Origin: a virus
Lineage: Duplodnaviria; Caudoviricetes
DNA length: 58,231 nucleotides
Virus record (IMG/VR): IMGVR_UViG_3300047545_000612
Span: 1 to 58,231 of that record
Reading direction: 5' to 3' (one strand)
Position 1 is the stretch's first letter. Each line of letters begins with the position of its first letter. A program made the translations under genes and the position numbers. The notes under the pieces were generated by a model, which was not told where the DNA came from, ran no database searches, and worked only from the letters and a program-made list of their open reading frames with translations. Below, in pieces: positions 9,424-20,544 of the stretch.

Positions 9424-10617
9424 CTAAAGAGCTACACTTCCTGTAGCAGAGTAACCTGATTCATCCATTCTTAAAATATCTCCTGAGGTTTGCACCCATA
9501 CTTTACCTTCTTCTACGAACTCTATTCTATTATTTTTAACTTGGTATAGTCTACTAATATCGTCCATTACTCTTGTAGTGGTAGTTACAAGGCTTGTATC
9601 CTTTGCAGGGTTTGTTCCAAACATATACCTTTTTACTGTAGTATTAGCTGTACCTCCTACTCTCTCTATTTGTTCAACTTTTACTATTTCGTCAACGTTA
9701 TATAAATACATATAGTCTCCTACTTTTATAGGTGTTACTTCTGTAGCTCCACTTATTAACGTAAAGTCAAAAAGAGTTCTTGTAGATGTAAGTTGACCTG
9801 TTGCCTGGTATTTAGCATCAGGAGCATCTGGGTCAGAGGGAACTGTTACTACAGGTACTACTGTGTTTATTCCTTTTCCGGGTATAAAAAAGTACTCCTG
9901 CAAAACCCTAGTATCAATAGAAGTTCCGCTTATCGCAGTATCCTCTATACTTAGTGGATAGTAAGCTCCTGTAAATGAAATTCCTGTAAAGGTTGGATCG
10001 ATTCCTCCATACCCTTCAGCAGTTGTCTTTGTACCTTCATATCTACCGTTTATCCATCCTGTATTTGAATATAAACTATCCTGTACATTTGCATGAACTG
10101 CTTGATCTGATAAAATACTGATTAGGTTGGTAGGATTAGTTGATGTAGTTCCTCTATCAGAATGTACTATATAACTTGACTCTCTATCTGCTATTGTATT
10201 TCCTATTAATGGATTGTATGTATTGTAGTTATATGCTCCTGTTGCTGTAATAGGTTCTATAACTACTCCTGTGGTGTAATCTTCTGGATCGGATGCTGGT
10301 AATGCAGTTATTACCGGTCTCTGCTCAGGTGTCAATAGACTATAACAGTAGTACAGTCCTACAGGTCCTTTATCTACAACTCTTACCGGTATTGTTGAGG
10401 ATTCTACATTTATATTAATAATACCTCCATTTAACTCAGGTATTTTTAAACTAATAGAAGTTGCTTCCTGTAGTTGAGTTAGGTTCCCCTCTATTAAGAT
10501 TGCAACATCGTCTATAGTAGTTAGTCCTCCTACTGTATTGTAGTTAATTATTATAGTCCCCGGGTCGGCTGGGAATAGGTTGTCTAATAGTGAGTATCTG
10601 AATTCTGAATATGTCAT
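9424..10617 (-). CDS. putative structural protein
   Basis: 397 aa, T/G/S-rich beta-type composition within the structural block. Confidence 0.5.
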   Translation of the reverse strand: MTYSEFRYSLLDNLFPADPGTIIINYNTVGGLTTIDDVAILIEGNLTQLQEATSISLKIPELNGGIININVESSTIPVRVVDKGPVGLYYCYSLLTPEQRPVITALPASDPEDYTTGVVIEPITATGAYNYNTYNPLIGNTIADRESSYIVHSDRGTTSTNPTNLISILSDQAVHANVQDSLYSNTGWINGRYEGTKTTAEGYGGIDPTFTGISFTGAYYPLSIEDTAISGTSIDTRVLQEYFFIPGKGINTVVPVVTVPSDPDAPDAKYQATGQLTSTRTLFDFTLISGATEVTPIKVGDYMYLYNVDEIVKVEQIERVGGTANTTVKRYMFGTNPAKDTSLVTTTTRVMDDISRLYQVKNNRIEFVEEGKVWVQTSGDILRMDESGYSATGSVAL

Positions 10618-10644
10618 GTTGTTCTTATTATTGCTGCTATGATA

Positions 10645-13600
10645 CTATGTACAGGTAGGTAGGTAACTCTGTGGATCACTGTATACACTTGTAGTGTCTG
10701 TTGCTACTGTAGTTCCTGACTGGTTTTTTAAATTTAATTGAACGATTCCTTCTGTATCTTGACTTACATTAAAGATTACCTTAACATACCTGTTACCAAA
10801 CAATGTCTCTAATGTAATACTTCCTCCTGTAGGTGCAGATGATCCGTTCGTATCTACGGTATAGTTCTCTGGTGGATTAGATATACTAATAGGATATCTC
10901 TTAGTTACTGTACCACTTGATTCAGTGTAGCAAGATGCACTGTTTAAGTCAATAGACGGTGTTGCGGGTGGTGCTACGTAGTTAACTGTTACATCTACAT
11001 ACTGATTACATCCTTCTATTACATTATCTTTCAACGTAACTCTTACAACTGTATCTGTTGAAGATCCTTGTGTAAAAGTGTAAGCTGATGGGGTCGGGAT
11101 GCCTTCTGTACTGCCTGTCCATGATGCTGTATATGATGTATTTGTATTAGCTCCTACTGTAAACCATGTTGTAAGGTCTACTTGCGTATTATTATCTACT
11201 TGGGTAGTTCCTTGTATTGATACTAAGTCACAGTATGCTACTTGGTACTCTACTGCTGCTTCACATCCGTCTATTGCAGGTTTTGAACCTGTTACACTGT
11301 ATTTAACATAGTTTGTTGCTGGGAATGTATATGCGTAGAGGTCTCCTAATGGCATATTTGATGAGGAATTAAAAAGTACTCCTGCTCCTAATCCTATTCC
11401 AGGTTGCTTTAAGTCTGCTACTATATTGTAATCTATATAATTACTCCTAGTAATTACCACTGGTAGGGTTACCTGTAAATCAAATGGACATATTGTACTT
11501 GAAGGCGTTGATACAAGTACTACGTACCTATCTGTAGGGATAGGGGTTTGTATTTTAAACAAGTTATCTCTATTTAACTCTCCATCACTTACTACTACTA
11601 GACTTCCTGAGAATTCTCCGTTATATTTAGGTTCTTCATGTTGATGTGGATCTCTTGTTCCTAATCCAAAAGGAGTCTGTATAGTATCAGTCCAGACTGT
11701 ACTATATTCCTGTGATCCAGATCTAAATGAACCTCCATGAGATCCTGTTATAAATGCTGTATCGATTGATCCTGAAAATTCTGGTCTTGTTCCTTCTAAT
11801 TCAATTCCTTTTGCTTTATTTCTAGTAAGTAAATTAGGTTTAATTATAATACCTGTATCTGCATTTACTCTTGCTGGAATAAAGTCTTTAACTGTTTTAA
11901 AGATTACGTTGTCGAAGAATTTAATTAAACGTACATAATCCTGTAAGTTATATGTATCTAATTGAATAGCGATATCTGATAATAGCTTACCTAATCCGTC
12001 GTAGTTATCTAAGTACAGGTTACTAGGGTTTCCTAAATATTCGTCGATATTGAACTTAGGTCCTAATTGTTGAATAATATGATTATCTACATTTGTTACA
12101 GGAGAAAACCCTACTTCAATTTGATGTAAATCATCTGTAAATAGTTTTTCTCTTTTAACGATTGATACATCTGTTGATAAGGTATTTCCCGGTACTATGC
12201 TACCTGTATAATCTAAACGTACTTTATCTAGAGAAGTAGAAGTCGATTGGTAGTCACCGTAAAACGGTGTCTTTTCTGTATTTCTTCCTCCAAATACGTT
12301 AATAGTTAAAATATCGCTTGAAATACCAAAACAGTTGATTAATGCTCTCAATCCTCTCTCTGTTCCTTTTGATTTTAAAAGAAGAGGTAAATTATGGTAT
12401 ATTCTTTTTTGTATTTCTTTCTGGTAGTTATCAAATGAGCTATGTTCAATAGGGTCAATTGTACCTGCAATAGTAGCAGTTACATGGTTATTGATTTCCT
12501 CATCTCCTGCTTGGTAAGCTTGTCCTACAAACATAGAGAATAATTCTTCGGTAGACTTATTAGATGTATATAATTTAACTCCAAAATTCTTAAGAGCTTC
12601 TGCTACCAAGTCTTTAGATATACCTCTGTCCAGTCTATTATCCGCATCATACTTATCTGTTACTGCTTTTGAGTATAACCATAAGTTATCAAAATGTTGA
12701 CCTATCATGTAGATAAAGGTCAGGTAGTTTTGATTATTATCATCCTCTCTTAAATAAGCCGGTATTGTATTTACTAATGTATTATAATTACTATCATCAT
12801 ACGCAGCTGCTACCTGTAGTTGATTTCTATACCAACTTACTGCAATTGGATCATTGCTCGGCATATTATCATACGGCTTAACTGTATTGTATTTTGGCCA
12901 ACAAGAAGGGCCTGCTTCAAAATACAAATACCTTTCGTAATGATCGAAGTTATTTAAAATACCTTGAATTAGATTCTCATAATAAGAAGTACTTCCTGCT
13001 ACTCCTGTTAATCCAGTTGTTGCGGATGCGATACTAGCTATTTGTGTCCTATAGTGGTTGATTAAATCTACCTTATATTTAAAATTAAGTAACCTCTCTT
13101 GTGCAGATGAAAAATGAACGAAGTTTACATAGTCGGAGTAATCTACGCTAATATCAATACTCTTCTCACTAACTGTAGAGAATATCTGACTATTTGCATT
13201 AGTTACTGGAAGACTAAATAATTCGTTGTAACTGTAATACCCTGTTGGCACTACTGCTTCATCTTGTATTTCTATGTTAAAGTTTGCAGCTCTAAGAGTA
13301 GGTGCTTTTTCCTCTGCGATTGCTATACTGTAATCTACTGTGAAGGTAACCGAGTCTGACACTTCTTCAACAATACTTAAAGTATCTTTGATACCGTACT
13401 GAATAGGTAATGGTTCGTAGAGTTTAACTACTACAGGTTGTTCTAATCCATCCTCTAAGGTATCTACATTAACTGCAATAAGAAGATCGTTATTTTTAAA
13501 GTTTAAACGAAATCCAGCAAAATAAGATTGTCCTGTTATTTTTGCCTTTATTACATCTGTAAACGATAGAATTTGTTCAGGAGTTAGTGCTAAAGTATTT

Positions 13601-14007
13601 AATCTCAACTCTGTTCTATCTGCAGAAATATCCTCAATATAGAATTCAGTAGAGGTCTTATTATCTGTGTATAGGTCGTTTAAGAAATGGTATAGTAATT
13701 TTACTTCTCCTGTTTCGTATCCTAAATCTTTAACATCCTGTATAGGATCTAATGTAAGTATAGATGCCCCTTCATTTCCTGCAGATTGTGCATTGGAAAG
13801 GAGTTTATATCCTCTATAATCGTAAATACTCTCTATAAGTTCATCAGAGAGAGTTAATATATGTACTTCTGAGAGGTGTTTATTAGGGTCAAATATATTG
13901 TTAATCTGGAAAGAATCTACCAGTCCTAAGTCTTTTTCAGAGTATTTTTCAAACCCTTGTATGTTCTCTGGGGAGTCTTGATTAACTATGTATGTAATAT
14001 CTGCCAT
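10645..14007 (-). CDS. large baseplate wedge/tail protein
   Basis: 1120 aa; LLKSKGTERGLRALINCFG resembles P2 gpI/T4 gp7-type wedge motif; Cys/Thr-rich Ig-like C-terminus. Confidence 0.55.
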   Translation of the reverse strand: MADITYIVNQDSPENIQGFEKYSEKDLGLVDSFQINNIFDPNKHLSEVHILTLSDELIESIYDYRGYKLLSNAQSAGNEGASILTLDPIQDVKDLGYETGEVKLLYHFLNDLYTDNKTSTEFYIEDISADRTELRLNTLALTPEQILSFTDVIKAKITGQSYFAGFRLNFKNNDLLIAVNVDTLEDGLEQPVVVKLYEPLPIQYGIKDTLSIVEEVSDSVTFTVDYSIAIAEEKAPTLRAANFNIEIQDEAVVPTGYYSYNELFSLPVTNANSQIFSTVSEKSIDISVDYSDYVNFVHFSSAQERLLNFKYKVDLINHYRTQIASIASATTGLTGVAGSTSYYENLIQGILNNFDHYERYLYFEAGPSCWPKYNTVKPYDNMPSNDPIAVSWYRNQLQVAAAYDDSNYNTLVNTIPAYLREDDNNQNYLTFIYMIGQHFDNLWLYSKAVTDKYDADNRLDRGISKDLVAEALKNFGVKLYTSNKSTEELFSMFVGQAYQAGDEEINNHVTATIAGTIDPIEHSSFDNYQKEIQKRIYHNLPLLLKSKGTERGLRALINCFGISSDILTINVFGGRNTEKTPFYGDYQSTSTSLDKVRLDYTGSIVPGNTLSTDVSIVKREKLFTDDLHQIEVGFSPVTNVDNHIIQQLGPKFNIDEYLGNPSNLYLDNYDGLGKLLSDIAIQLDTYNLQDYVRLIKFFDNVIFKTVKDFIPARVNADTGIIIKPNLLTRNKAKGIELEGTRPEFSGSIDTAFITGSHGGSFRSGSQEYSTVWTDTIQTPFGLGTRDPHQHEEPKYNGEFSGSLVVVSDGELNRDNLFKIQTPIPTDRYVVLVSTPSSTICPFDLQVTLPVVITRSNYIDYNIVADLKQPGIGLGAGVLFNSSSNMPLGDLYAYTFPATNYVKYSVTGSKPAIDGCEAAVEYQVAYCDLVSIQGTTQVDNNTQVDLTTWFTVGANTNTSYTASWTGSTEGIPTPSAYTFTQGSSTDTVVRVTLKDNVIEGCNQYVDVTVNYVAPPATPSIDLNSASCYTESSGTVTKRYPISISNPPENYTVDTNGSSAPTGGSITLETLFGNRYVKVIFNVSQDTEGIVQLNLKNQSGTTVATDTTSVYSDPQSYLPTCT

Positions 14008-14346
14008 CTATGTTGTTTTTGTCTCTAAAGTAAGTATTTGTTGATTTGCTGATAGTAGTTGTTCTCTTAGTTGTGCTATTTCATCCAATAGGGGCTGTAT
14101 ATCCTCTGTGGTTGTATCGAAGTTAGCTAATTCGGAACTCCTTTTTACTAGGTATTCATGAGAATTTGTAGCTCCTGTTACATCTATGTCGTAGTACAAC
14201 TTATCATAGAGTCTAAACAACTCTTCCGGTGTATCTTGTTCTACAATAGTAGCCGGCTGTGTGAATGTCTTAAAAGAAGTGTCGACCACTTTGTTAAATG
14301 CAGTCGAACTAAGTACTGTCTTCTGTATTTGTATGTCGTTAGCCAT
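14008..14346 (-). CDS. hypothetical structural protein with C-terminal coiled coil
   Basis: 112 aa, translationally coupled in the structural operon. Confidence 0.6.
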   Translation of the reverse strand: MANDIQIQKTVLSSTAFNKVVDTSFKTFTQPATIVEQDTPEELFRLYDKLYYDIDVTGATNSHEYLVKRSSELANFDTTTEDIQPLLDEIAQLREQLLSANQQILTLETKTT

Positions 14347-15451
14347 TTCTTACTACTTTGAATATATTTTGATTATCAACTACTACTGTACTTCCTTCTA
14401 ATTCAGTCTTAATTAATATACGATAGTATCTCTCAGGTTGCAACCCATCCATATATACGTCAAAGTACGATCCTGTACCGTTACAGCTTATTTTTGTATG
14501 TTTATTGTCAAAATCAATTACCATCTCTTCTGTATTCTCATCTCTTAATCCCCAGTATGAACCTGATGGAAGAGCATAGTTTGTTAAGTATACTGAAGAT
14601 GTTGTAAACGACCTTGCTGGGTATTTAGGTTTTGCTGCAATTTTAAATCGTTGCTTACCTACGTCCGGGTATTTACCTTTATTGTTTGTTATATTAATTG
14701 TTGAAATACTATTTGACAATACCGCTAAAGATCCTGTGTTAAATACACTGTCATCCCATTTGAATTCTAAAAACGGAGGGTATATTGTATTCGTATCTGC
14801 TCCGTAATATTTTAGCCTGGTAGTATAATCTGCTCCAGATTCTATTTCATCTGAGAGTTTAATTATAAACCCATTATTATCAAGTACTTCTCCGTTTATT
14901 AAACGTATCGCTTTAGATACATCTAGATTAACATCGTGTGTTGAATTTAGAGTATGAGTTTGTACTGACTCTAAGCTACCACTTTGTAGTGAACTTGAAT
15001 ACCAGTTTCCACCTCCATCTAATGGAGATCTATAAGAAGCTGTAACATATTGTGGAAACGAATCAAGAAACCAAGCATTTGTTTCATTTGCTTGTCTATA
15101 TTGCCAAGATACTCCTGTTTTATTTACTGGAAGATCTCCGAATTTACCTACTCCGTTATCCCAAATTCCATATACAGGATACGCATAGATAGAGTACCCT
15201 ACAGGTACTTCATAAGCATCTGCTAAATATAGTCCAATACTTGCAGTATAAGGTGTTGTTCCTATTTTTGTAGAAATAACATCCTGTATCTCTGAGGTAT
15301 TATATTTTATCAAGATTCGATTGGTCTGTCCTACTCCTGATATATTTTTATATCCTCCTAGTTCTATAATCTCATCTTTACCTGCATTACCTAATACATC
15401 TTCTGTTGAGATGAAGGTATCGTTCTCAGGAAATATTCTATATACTGCCAT
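14339..15451 (-). CDS. structural protein (DNRLRE/disaggregatase-related-like domain)
   Basis: DTFI...N.G.DE...RILIKY...NNGFIIK...YPPFLE pattern. Confidence 0.45.
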   Translation of the reverse strand: MAVYRIFPENDTFISTEDVLGNAGKDEIIELGGYKNISGVGQTNRILIKYNTSEIQDVISTKIGTTPYTASIGLYLADAYEVPVGYSIYAYPVYGIWDNGVGKFGDLPVNKTGVSWQYRQANETNAWFLDSFPQYVTASYRSPLDGGGNWYSSSLQSGSLESVQTHTLNSTHDVNLDVSKAIRLINGEVLDNNGFIIKLSDEIESGADYTTRLKYYGADTNTIYPPFLEFKWDDSVFNTGSLAVLSNSISTINITNNKGKYPDVGKQRFKIAAKPKYPARSFTTSSVYLTNYALPSGSYWGLRDENTEEMVIDFDNKHTKISCNGTGSYFDVYMDGLQPERYYRILIKTELEGSTVVVDNQNIFKVVRNG

Positions 15452-15452
15452 A

Positions 15453-17267
15453 TTATAATGTTGTTATTCTTCCTTTAATATCTGTGTCTGGGTATTTTAC
15501 TTCGAAGATCATAGGATCATAAGAAGGATATACTACATTGGTTCTTGTTGCTCCTTTTATATCATAAGCATATTGAGAATAATCTCCTCCTACTTTATTT
15601 TCTATTTCAACTTTCTGTACTGTCTGTACTCCTGGTTCTTGATCTAGTAATGTATATATACTTGACAGGTTTATAGGTTGGTTAATATTCCACTTTGTTA
15701 TGGTAAAATACTCTTTTAACCTGTTTGTACAAGCTAATAATACATCCCTACCTGGGTAGTTTGGTTTAGCTATAATGTCAAAAGTAACTCCTATATTTAC
15801 TACAAATGCATCTTTTATATTAATGGCGTCTGTAAGTAACATATAGTAAGATAAGTATGTCTTTAGGTTATTTTTTAACGTCTTAGAAGGTATTATCAGG
15901 TTCTTATTACTGTCATATGCTAATGTATAGAGTGATAGGGAAAGTGGATTACTGTCTACTATGTTATCTGTTGCACTATTTGCGTTTGTAAGTTGGTCTT
16001 GAATGATATGTACTTTTGCAATTGATCCATATGAAGCTGGGAGTGATAAGGCTCTAACAGTGTAATCCTGTAAAGTAACTGCTCTTCCTTGTTCGTTAAA
16101 TGCTCTTAATGTATTCTCTCTTAGTTCATCAACTGTATCTCCATCTCTTCCTCCAGAAGCAGCTTCTGGGTTATTGAAGGTAAGGGAGTTTGTTGGATCT
16201 GTAAAGGTACTTCCATACCCTACTACAGTATTTAACGTATTTGCCGGGATATTTGCCGATACTCCTCCACCTACTAGGTATTTGATTTCAAGTGTAGTAT
16301 TTGAAGGTGCTAGTCCATATGCTTGTGTTGATAGGAAGTTAGAAGGATCATACGCATAATCAATTCTACTTAATCCTTGGTTTGAACCAAATCCTACATT
16401 AGTTGGGTCTGGTGTAATTATTTCATCTGTCTGCCCTGTAATACCTGCTCCAAATTGAATTTGAAGTTGTCCCGTAGAATTAAATCTAGTTACAAATCTT
16501 CTAGGTACTTTTTGTAAAGTAAGCCCGTAAGGCACTTGATTTTTATCTGCAGAAGTATTTACACTGTCTACAAATACGGTATCTTGTCCTAAATAAGGAA
16601 CTTCATGCCAAACTGTGCCTCCGTTGTTTTCTGTAATAGATAAGATGCCTACTATGTTACTATCTTCAATAGTTATAGTTTTAAACTTCTCTACAGAACC
16701 TATAGTTTGAGTAATTGTTTTAACTTCTCCCGAGATTGCTTTAGTAGTTTTAGTTAATAGGAAAGATAGAGGCTGTCCTGCTCCATCTAAACTATCCACG
16801 CTAATTGATGTTGGATCGTATGAACTAGAGAAAGTAAAGTCAATAGGTTTTTCTATAAAGAAGTTAACTTGTCCACCTGTTGTTGCTTTCAACCTAGTAT
16901 TTGCTGGTATTTGTAATGCTTGACTCCAATCTGGTTCTCCTATTACAGATCCTACTACTTGAGTTACTTCTACTGATGTTTCAGCTACTGTTGTAGTCTT
17001 AGGACGGTATCCCATCATATAAGCTAAATTATATAAATTGGCAGGATTTTTAGCATACTGAATGTATGTTTCTTGTAGTTGAGTGTCTTGATAAAATGAT
17101 AGAATATCTCCTACATATGCTGCCATCTCAATGAACATCATACCTGGTGAGGTAGGGCTAAAATCGTTATAAGAATCCGGGAAGTAGTTTTTAGCAAACT
17201 CTACCAACTGAGCTCTATAATCTGTAAAATCCCTATTTATGTACTTTATGTCTCTATCTTGAGTCAT
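15453..17267 (-). CDS. baseplate wedge subunit (T4 gp6/gpJ-like)
   Basis: RDF...AYVGDILSFYQD...LAYMMGY, IQFGAG, GGRDGDTVDELR and RAVTLQDY motifs. Confidence 0.85.
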   Translation of the reverse strand: MTQDRDIKYINRDFTDYRAQLVEFAKNYFPDSYNDFSPTSPGMMFIEMAAYVGDILSFYQDTQLQETYIQYAKNPANLYNLAYMMGYRPKTTTVAETSVEVTQVVGSVIGEPDWSQALQIPANTRLKATTGGQVNFFIEKPIDFTFSSSYDPTSISVDSLDGAGQPLSFLLTKTTKAISGEVKTITQTIGSVEKFKTITIEDSNIVGILSITENNGGTVWHEVPYLGQDTVFVDSVNTSADKNQVPYGLTLQKVPRRFVTRFNSTGQLQIQFGAGITGQTDEIITPDPTNVGFGSNQGLSRIDYAYDPSNFLSTQAYGLAPSNTTLEIKYLVGGGVSANIPANTLNTVVGYGSTFTDPTNSLTFNNPEAASGGRDGDTVDELRENTLRAFNEQGRAVTLQDYTVRALSLPASYGSIAKVHIIQDQLTNANSATDNIVDSNPLSLSLYTLAYDSNKNLIIPSKTLKNNLKTYLSYYMLLTDAINIKDAFVVNIGVTFDIIAKPNYPGRDVLLACTNRLKEYFTITKWNINQPINLSSIYTLLDQEPGVQTVQKVEIENKVGGDYSQYAYDIKGATRTNVVYPSYDPMIFEVKYPDTDIKGRITTL

Positions 17268-17677
17268 TATTGTTCAAAGTTAATTAATAATTCATCTTGT
17301 ATGTTTGTAAACTGCACACCGTATTTCATATACGCTCTTACTACTCCTGTAGTTTTGTCTGAGGTTATTTCTATCTTATTGATAACTACGTTAGGGAACC
17401 ATTCTGAGATTCCTTGTCTTATCTTATAGTCTAATTCCTCTATTTTATCGTCTACTAATTGTTCAAAAAGTAAACTACGTAAGTCTATACCAAAATCCGG
17501 GTTAAGGAATCTCTCTCCTCTTCCTGTTAGTATGTAATTAATCAGGTTTACTTTTATAGCTTCTTGAGTTGTATAAGTAGGTAGAAACACATCCTTAGCA
17601 GAAAAAGGTAAGGAAACTCCTACCGCTTTTCTAGGCTGTAAATCTAGTGGATGTATTTTCTTTACTTCAAAAGCCAT
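17267..17677 (-). CDS. baseplate wedge subunit gp25-like
   Basis: NLINYILTGRGERFLNPDFG..LRSLLFE...WFP is the gp25/W signature. Confidence 0.9.
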   Translation of the reverse strand: MAFEVKKIHPLDLQPRKAVGVSLPFSAKDVFLPTYTTQEAIKVNLINYILTGRGERFLNPDFGIDLRSLLFEQLVDDKIEELDYKIRQGISEWFPNVVINKIEITSDKTTGVVRAYMKYGVQFTNIQDELLINFEQ

Positions 17678-18072
17678 TATCCTCCGAATCTTTGTTTATC
17701 CTTTTCTACCGATGCTTGAAATACTTTTCCTGCATTTTTTACAAAACTCAATTGACTAATATCTATACCTGGTTCTGGACCTGATATCATTGATCCCATG
17801 TTTGGCATTCCTGATTGAGCCATTGATGAGTCCATACTAACCATTGACCTATAATCTCCCGAGGTCATACTAACTCGTGTTTCTTGAAGTAAATCCATAA
17901 TTGGATCTCCTGTTGAAACCGGTTTTGCAGTTACTGGTTTGTAATTTTCATACTTTGTAAATGTCGGTGCACTTCTAGGTTCTACCTTTTCAGATAACAT
18001 CACTGCTAACTCTTCTTTAAGAGCTTCTCTTACAGCTTCTTTTATTAATTTTTTAAAAACATCTGCCTTCAT
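17677..18072 (-). CDS. hypothetical protein
   Basis: 131 aa; KKLIKEAVREALKEEL leader. Confidence 0.65.
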   Translation of the reverse strand: MKADVFKKLIKEAVREALKEELAVMLSEKVEPRSAPTFTKYENYKPVTAKPVSTGDPIMDLLQETRVSMTSGDYRSMVSMDSSMAQSGMPNMGSMISGPEPGIDISQLSFVKNAGKVFQASVEKDKQRFGG

Positions 18073-18089
18073 ATAAATAAATAGTTACT

Positions 18090-19034
18090 TTATACTAATT
18101 GATCTATTCTAAATTTAATTTCATCTAACAAAATATCTACAGAGGAACTAAAGGATGGTTGCCCTTTTAACATGATGACTCCTCTTCTATCTTTTGCTAC
18201 TGCGTATCTTCTTGGTGCTATTTTAGGTGCATCCTTATCCTGTATAATTGCTAACTCATATCCCTTGTACAAATACCTTCCATCAGGAGTTCCTTCTGAA
18301 CCTGTATTCTCTCTAGGTTGAGCTGTATTTAATATTGCTGTTAAATCAGCTAATTCTTTTCCTGAGCTGCATTGCTGTATAACTGTGTCAATGGCTTTCA
18401 ACCTATCCTCTGTTGTTTGCAAAGGTGCGTTAATTGAGGAGACTACTGCCTTAATTGCAGCAGATTCTTCAATTAATTTGTCTAAGGTCTTGTTAAGCTT
18501 AATTAACGAGTTACTGTATTTTGTCAATAGACTTACCGGTACCCCTATACCTCCTCCTGGTGGAATAATAGCTGTGGGTAACGGTATTGATGTAATTACT
18601 TTTATTAAGGTTTGTACTGTTCGTACGGTTCCTTCTATACCTGTTGCTACTGAGTTGAATTTCTGAACTCTTTTACGTAGGTTTCCTGTATGTCCTAATA
18701 AGGTATTTCTAGTATTAATTATTTTTTCTAATTCTACTTGACTAGGACATTCTGTAGCAAACTTATTCAAGATATTCAGCACACTTCTCTGTACTTGTAC
18801 AACTAATGCAGCACGTACATTCCCTACTTGGGATGCTATAATTGCCGAAATTCCTCCACTAACTGATCCTGTTGCTTTATAAACAGCTTGCAGTTCTTTT
18901 AGCTTTTGTTGAAGGTCTTTTGCTTTTTTAGCAGCAGCTTCTGCTTTTACTTTAGCTTGCTCTACTTTCTTTTTCTGTACCTCAAACTTTGCTTGAGCCT
19001 CTCTTGCTTTTTCTAAAGATGTATCTATTGCCAT
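18090..19034 (-). CDS. coiled-coil protein (possible tail/membrane-interacting)
   Basis: Helical, with hydrophobic IPLPTAIIPPGGGIGVPV hairpin. Confidence 0.55.
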   Translation of the reverse strand: MAIDTSLEKAREAQAKFEVQKKKVEQAKVKAEAAAKKAKDLQQKLKELQAVYKATGSVSGGISAIIASQVGNVRAALVVQVQRSVLNILNKFATECPSQVELEKIINTRNTLLGHTGNLRKRVQKFNSVATGIEGTVRTVQTLIKVITSIPLPTAIIPPGGGIGVPVSLLTKYSNSLIKLNKTLDKLIEESAAIKAVVSSINAPLQTTEDRLKAIDTVIQQCSSGKELADLTAILNTAQPRENTGSEGTPDGRYLYKGYELAIIQDKDAPKIAPRRYAVAKDRRGVIMLKGQPSFSSSVDILLDEIKFRIDQLV

Positions 19035-20164
19035 TATTCTGTAAATACTTTTTTAGATTGAAATTGCTTCATTTGAGCTTTAAGTGCTTTAGCAACTGCT
19101 GTTAATTCTGGCCCTGTTGTTACTAACTGTGTTACAGGTCCTCCGCTTACTGCTGAAGCTGTCGACATTGCTTTACCTACATTCTCTAATGTATCCAGTA
19201 ATGTCTCTAACCAGTTTTGTAACTGGGTTCCCATTACTACAGGTTCGTCTCCTAGAGATGTTCTTGCTTTCTTACCTAGGTATATCTTCTTAGCATCTAC
19301 ACAAAAGTAATCTGTAGCATCTAGATTTAATGTCCTTGCATTTATTCCTACAGACTCTTTAGCTGAGAGGAAAATACTGTCTTCCTTAGCGTTAAAGTAA
19401 AGTCGTCCTCCGTTTACTAAAACCTGATTACCTATGTATTCGTTAGATTTCCTAGGAACTACATCGTAAGAATCTCTTTTATTATTTGCAGATTCTAAAG
19501 TTGACTTATGGTCTGATAATAGGTATATTGAGTTAAAATCCTTGTTTATATCCTCAGATATAGGATCATTTCCATTACTAGTTTCAATCTGTCCATTACT
19601 GATTAAAGTAACTGGCTTTCCTTCATTAGAAGAATCTACGCTTAACTTACTTATCCCTTTACTTCCTCCAAATCTAATAGATTGACCTAATCTCCCTTCA
19701 ATTAAAGTATCTCCAGGGTCGGCTTGAAGTGGATTTATATTCGACTGTTCCTTTCCTCCTCCTAGTAAATTCCCTTCCCAATTGACTTGTTTAGTGTCTG
19801 GGTTGGCATTATGATGAGGACTATTCCATACGTTAACTATCTTGTTCCAGTAGTAAACCTTACCTGCTAAACTACTTTGACCTGGTGCAGGGATTAGTTC
19901 AACAAGCTCTCCTTCCATAGGGATTACCCTAATTGAGGCGGTTCCTTGCTTTGCAAATTGTAAAGTATCAGGAGTATTTTCATCTGCACTATTCTTAGGT
20001 ATTCTGTAGAATACTCCATTTAACATCGAAGAATCCTTTACGTCAGGATCGGATGGATCTAATAAGACTTTTACAACTCTTCCGTATTGTACTTGAGGTT
20101 GTGACTTGCTCTGACCTTTAGCCGCTGTTCCTGTTCTTGCTGTAAAATGCGACTTAAATGCCAT
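19034..20164 (-). CDS. baseplate central spike/hub (gp5/gpV-like)
   Basis: N-terminal OB-like GRVVKV..P..GE.V, GDTLIEGRLGQSIRFG, C-terminal beta-helix and IYLG...EPVVMG. Confidence 0.65.
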   Translation of the reverse strand: MAFKSHFTARTGTAAKGQSKSQPQVQYGRVVKVLLDPSDPDVKDSSMLNGVFYRIPKNSADENTPDTLQFAKQGTASIRVIPMEGELVELIPAPGQSSLAGKVYYWNKIVNVWNSPHHNANPDTKQVNWEGNLLGGGKEQSNINPLQADPGDTLIEGRLGQSIRFGGSKGISKLSVDSSNEGKPVTLISNGQIETSNGNDPISEDINKDFNSIYLLSDHKSTLESANNKRDSYDVVPRKSNEYIGNQVLVNGGRLYFNAKEDSIFLSAKESVGINARTLNLDATDYFCVDAKKIYLGKKARTSLGDEPVVMGTQLQNWLETLLDTLENVGKAMSTASAVSGGPVTQLVTTGPELTAVAKALKAQMKQFQSKKVFTE

Positions 20165-20511
20165 TATTCGTCTTGCTTATCTTTATCCTTACCTATCTTT
20201 TCACTCTCTTCCATTAACCTTGCTAGTTCTTCTGGATCAAAAAAGTCATTGTCTGATCCTTTATTTCCTCCATCCATTCTCTGAACAATAGCTAACATTT
20301 TAATTAAATGTTCGTCGTTTTTTACTCCTACTTCTAAGTACTCCTTAATCATAGGAACTACTAACGTAGCATCTCCTATATTTTCTACAAGAGGTTTTAA
20401 CTCTCCTATAAGTGCATTAATCTGTTTTTCTTTAGTACGAGAATTATCATAGATCTCCTTCAGTACATCTGAAACAGTCTTTTTTCCAAAAATTGTAGTA
20501 TCTAATCCCAT
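20164..20511 (-). CDS. conserved hypothetical protein
   Basis: 115 aa helical ORF with late-promoter motif upstream. Confidence 0.65.
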   Translation of the reverse strand: MGLDTTIFGKKTVSDVLKEIYDNSRTKEKQINALIGELKPLVENIGDATLVVPMIKEYLEVGVKNDEHLIKMLAIVQRMDGGNKGSDNDFFDPEELARLMEESEKIGKDKDKQDE

Positions 20512-20544
20512 GCTCTATTTATTTTATAAATATCGAAAGATATA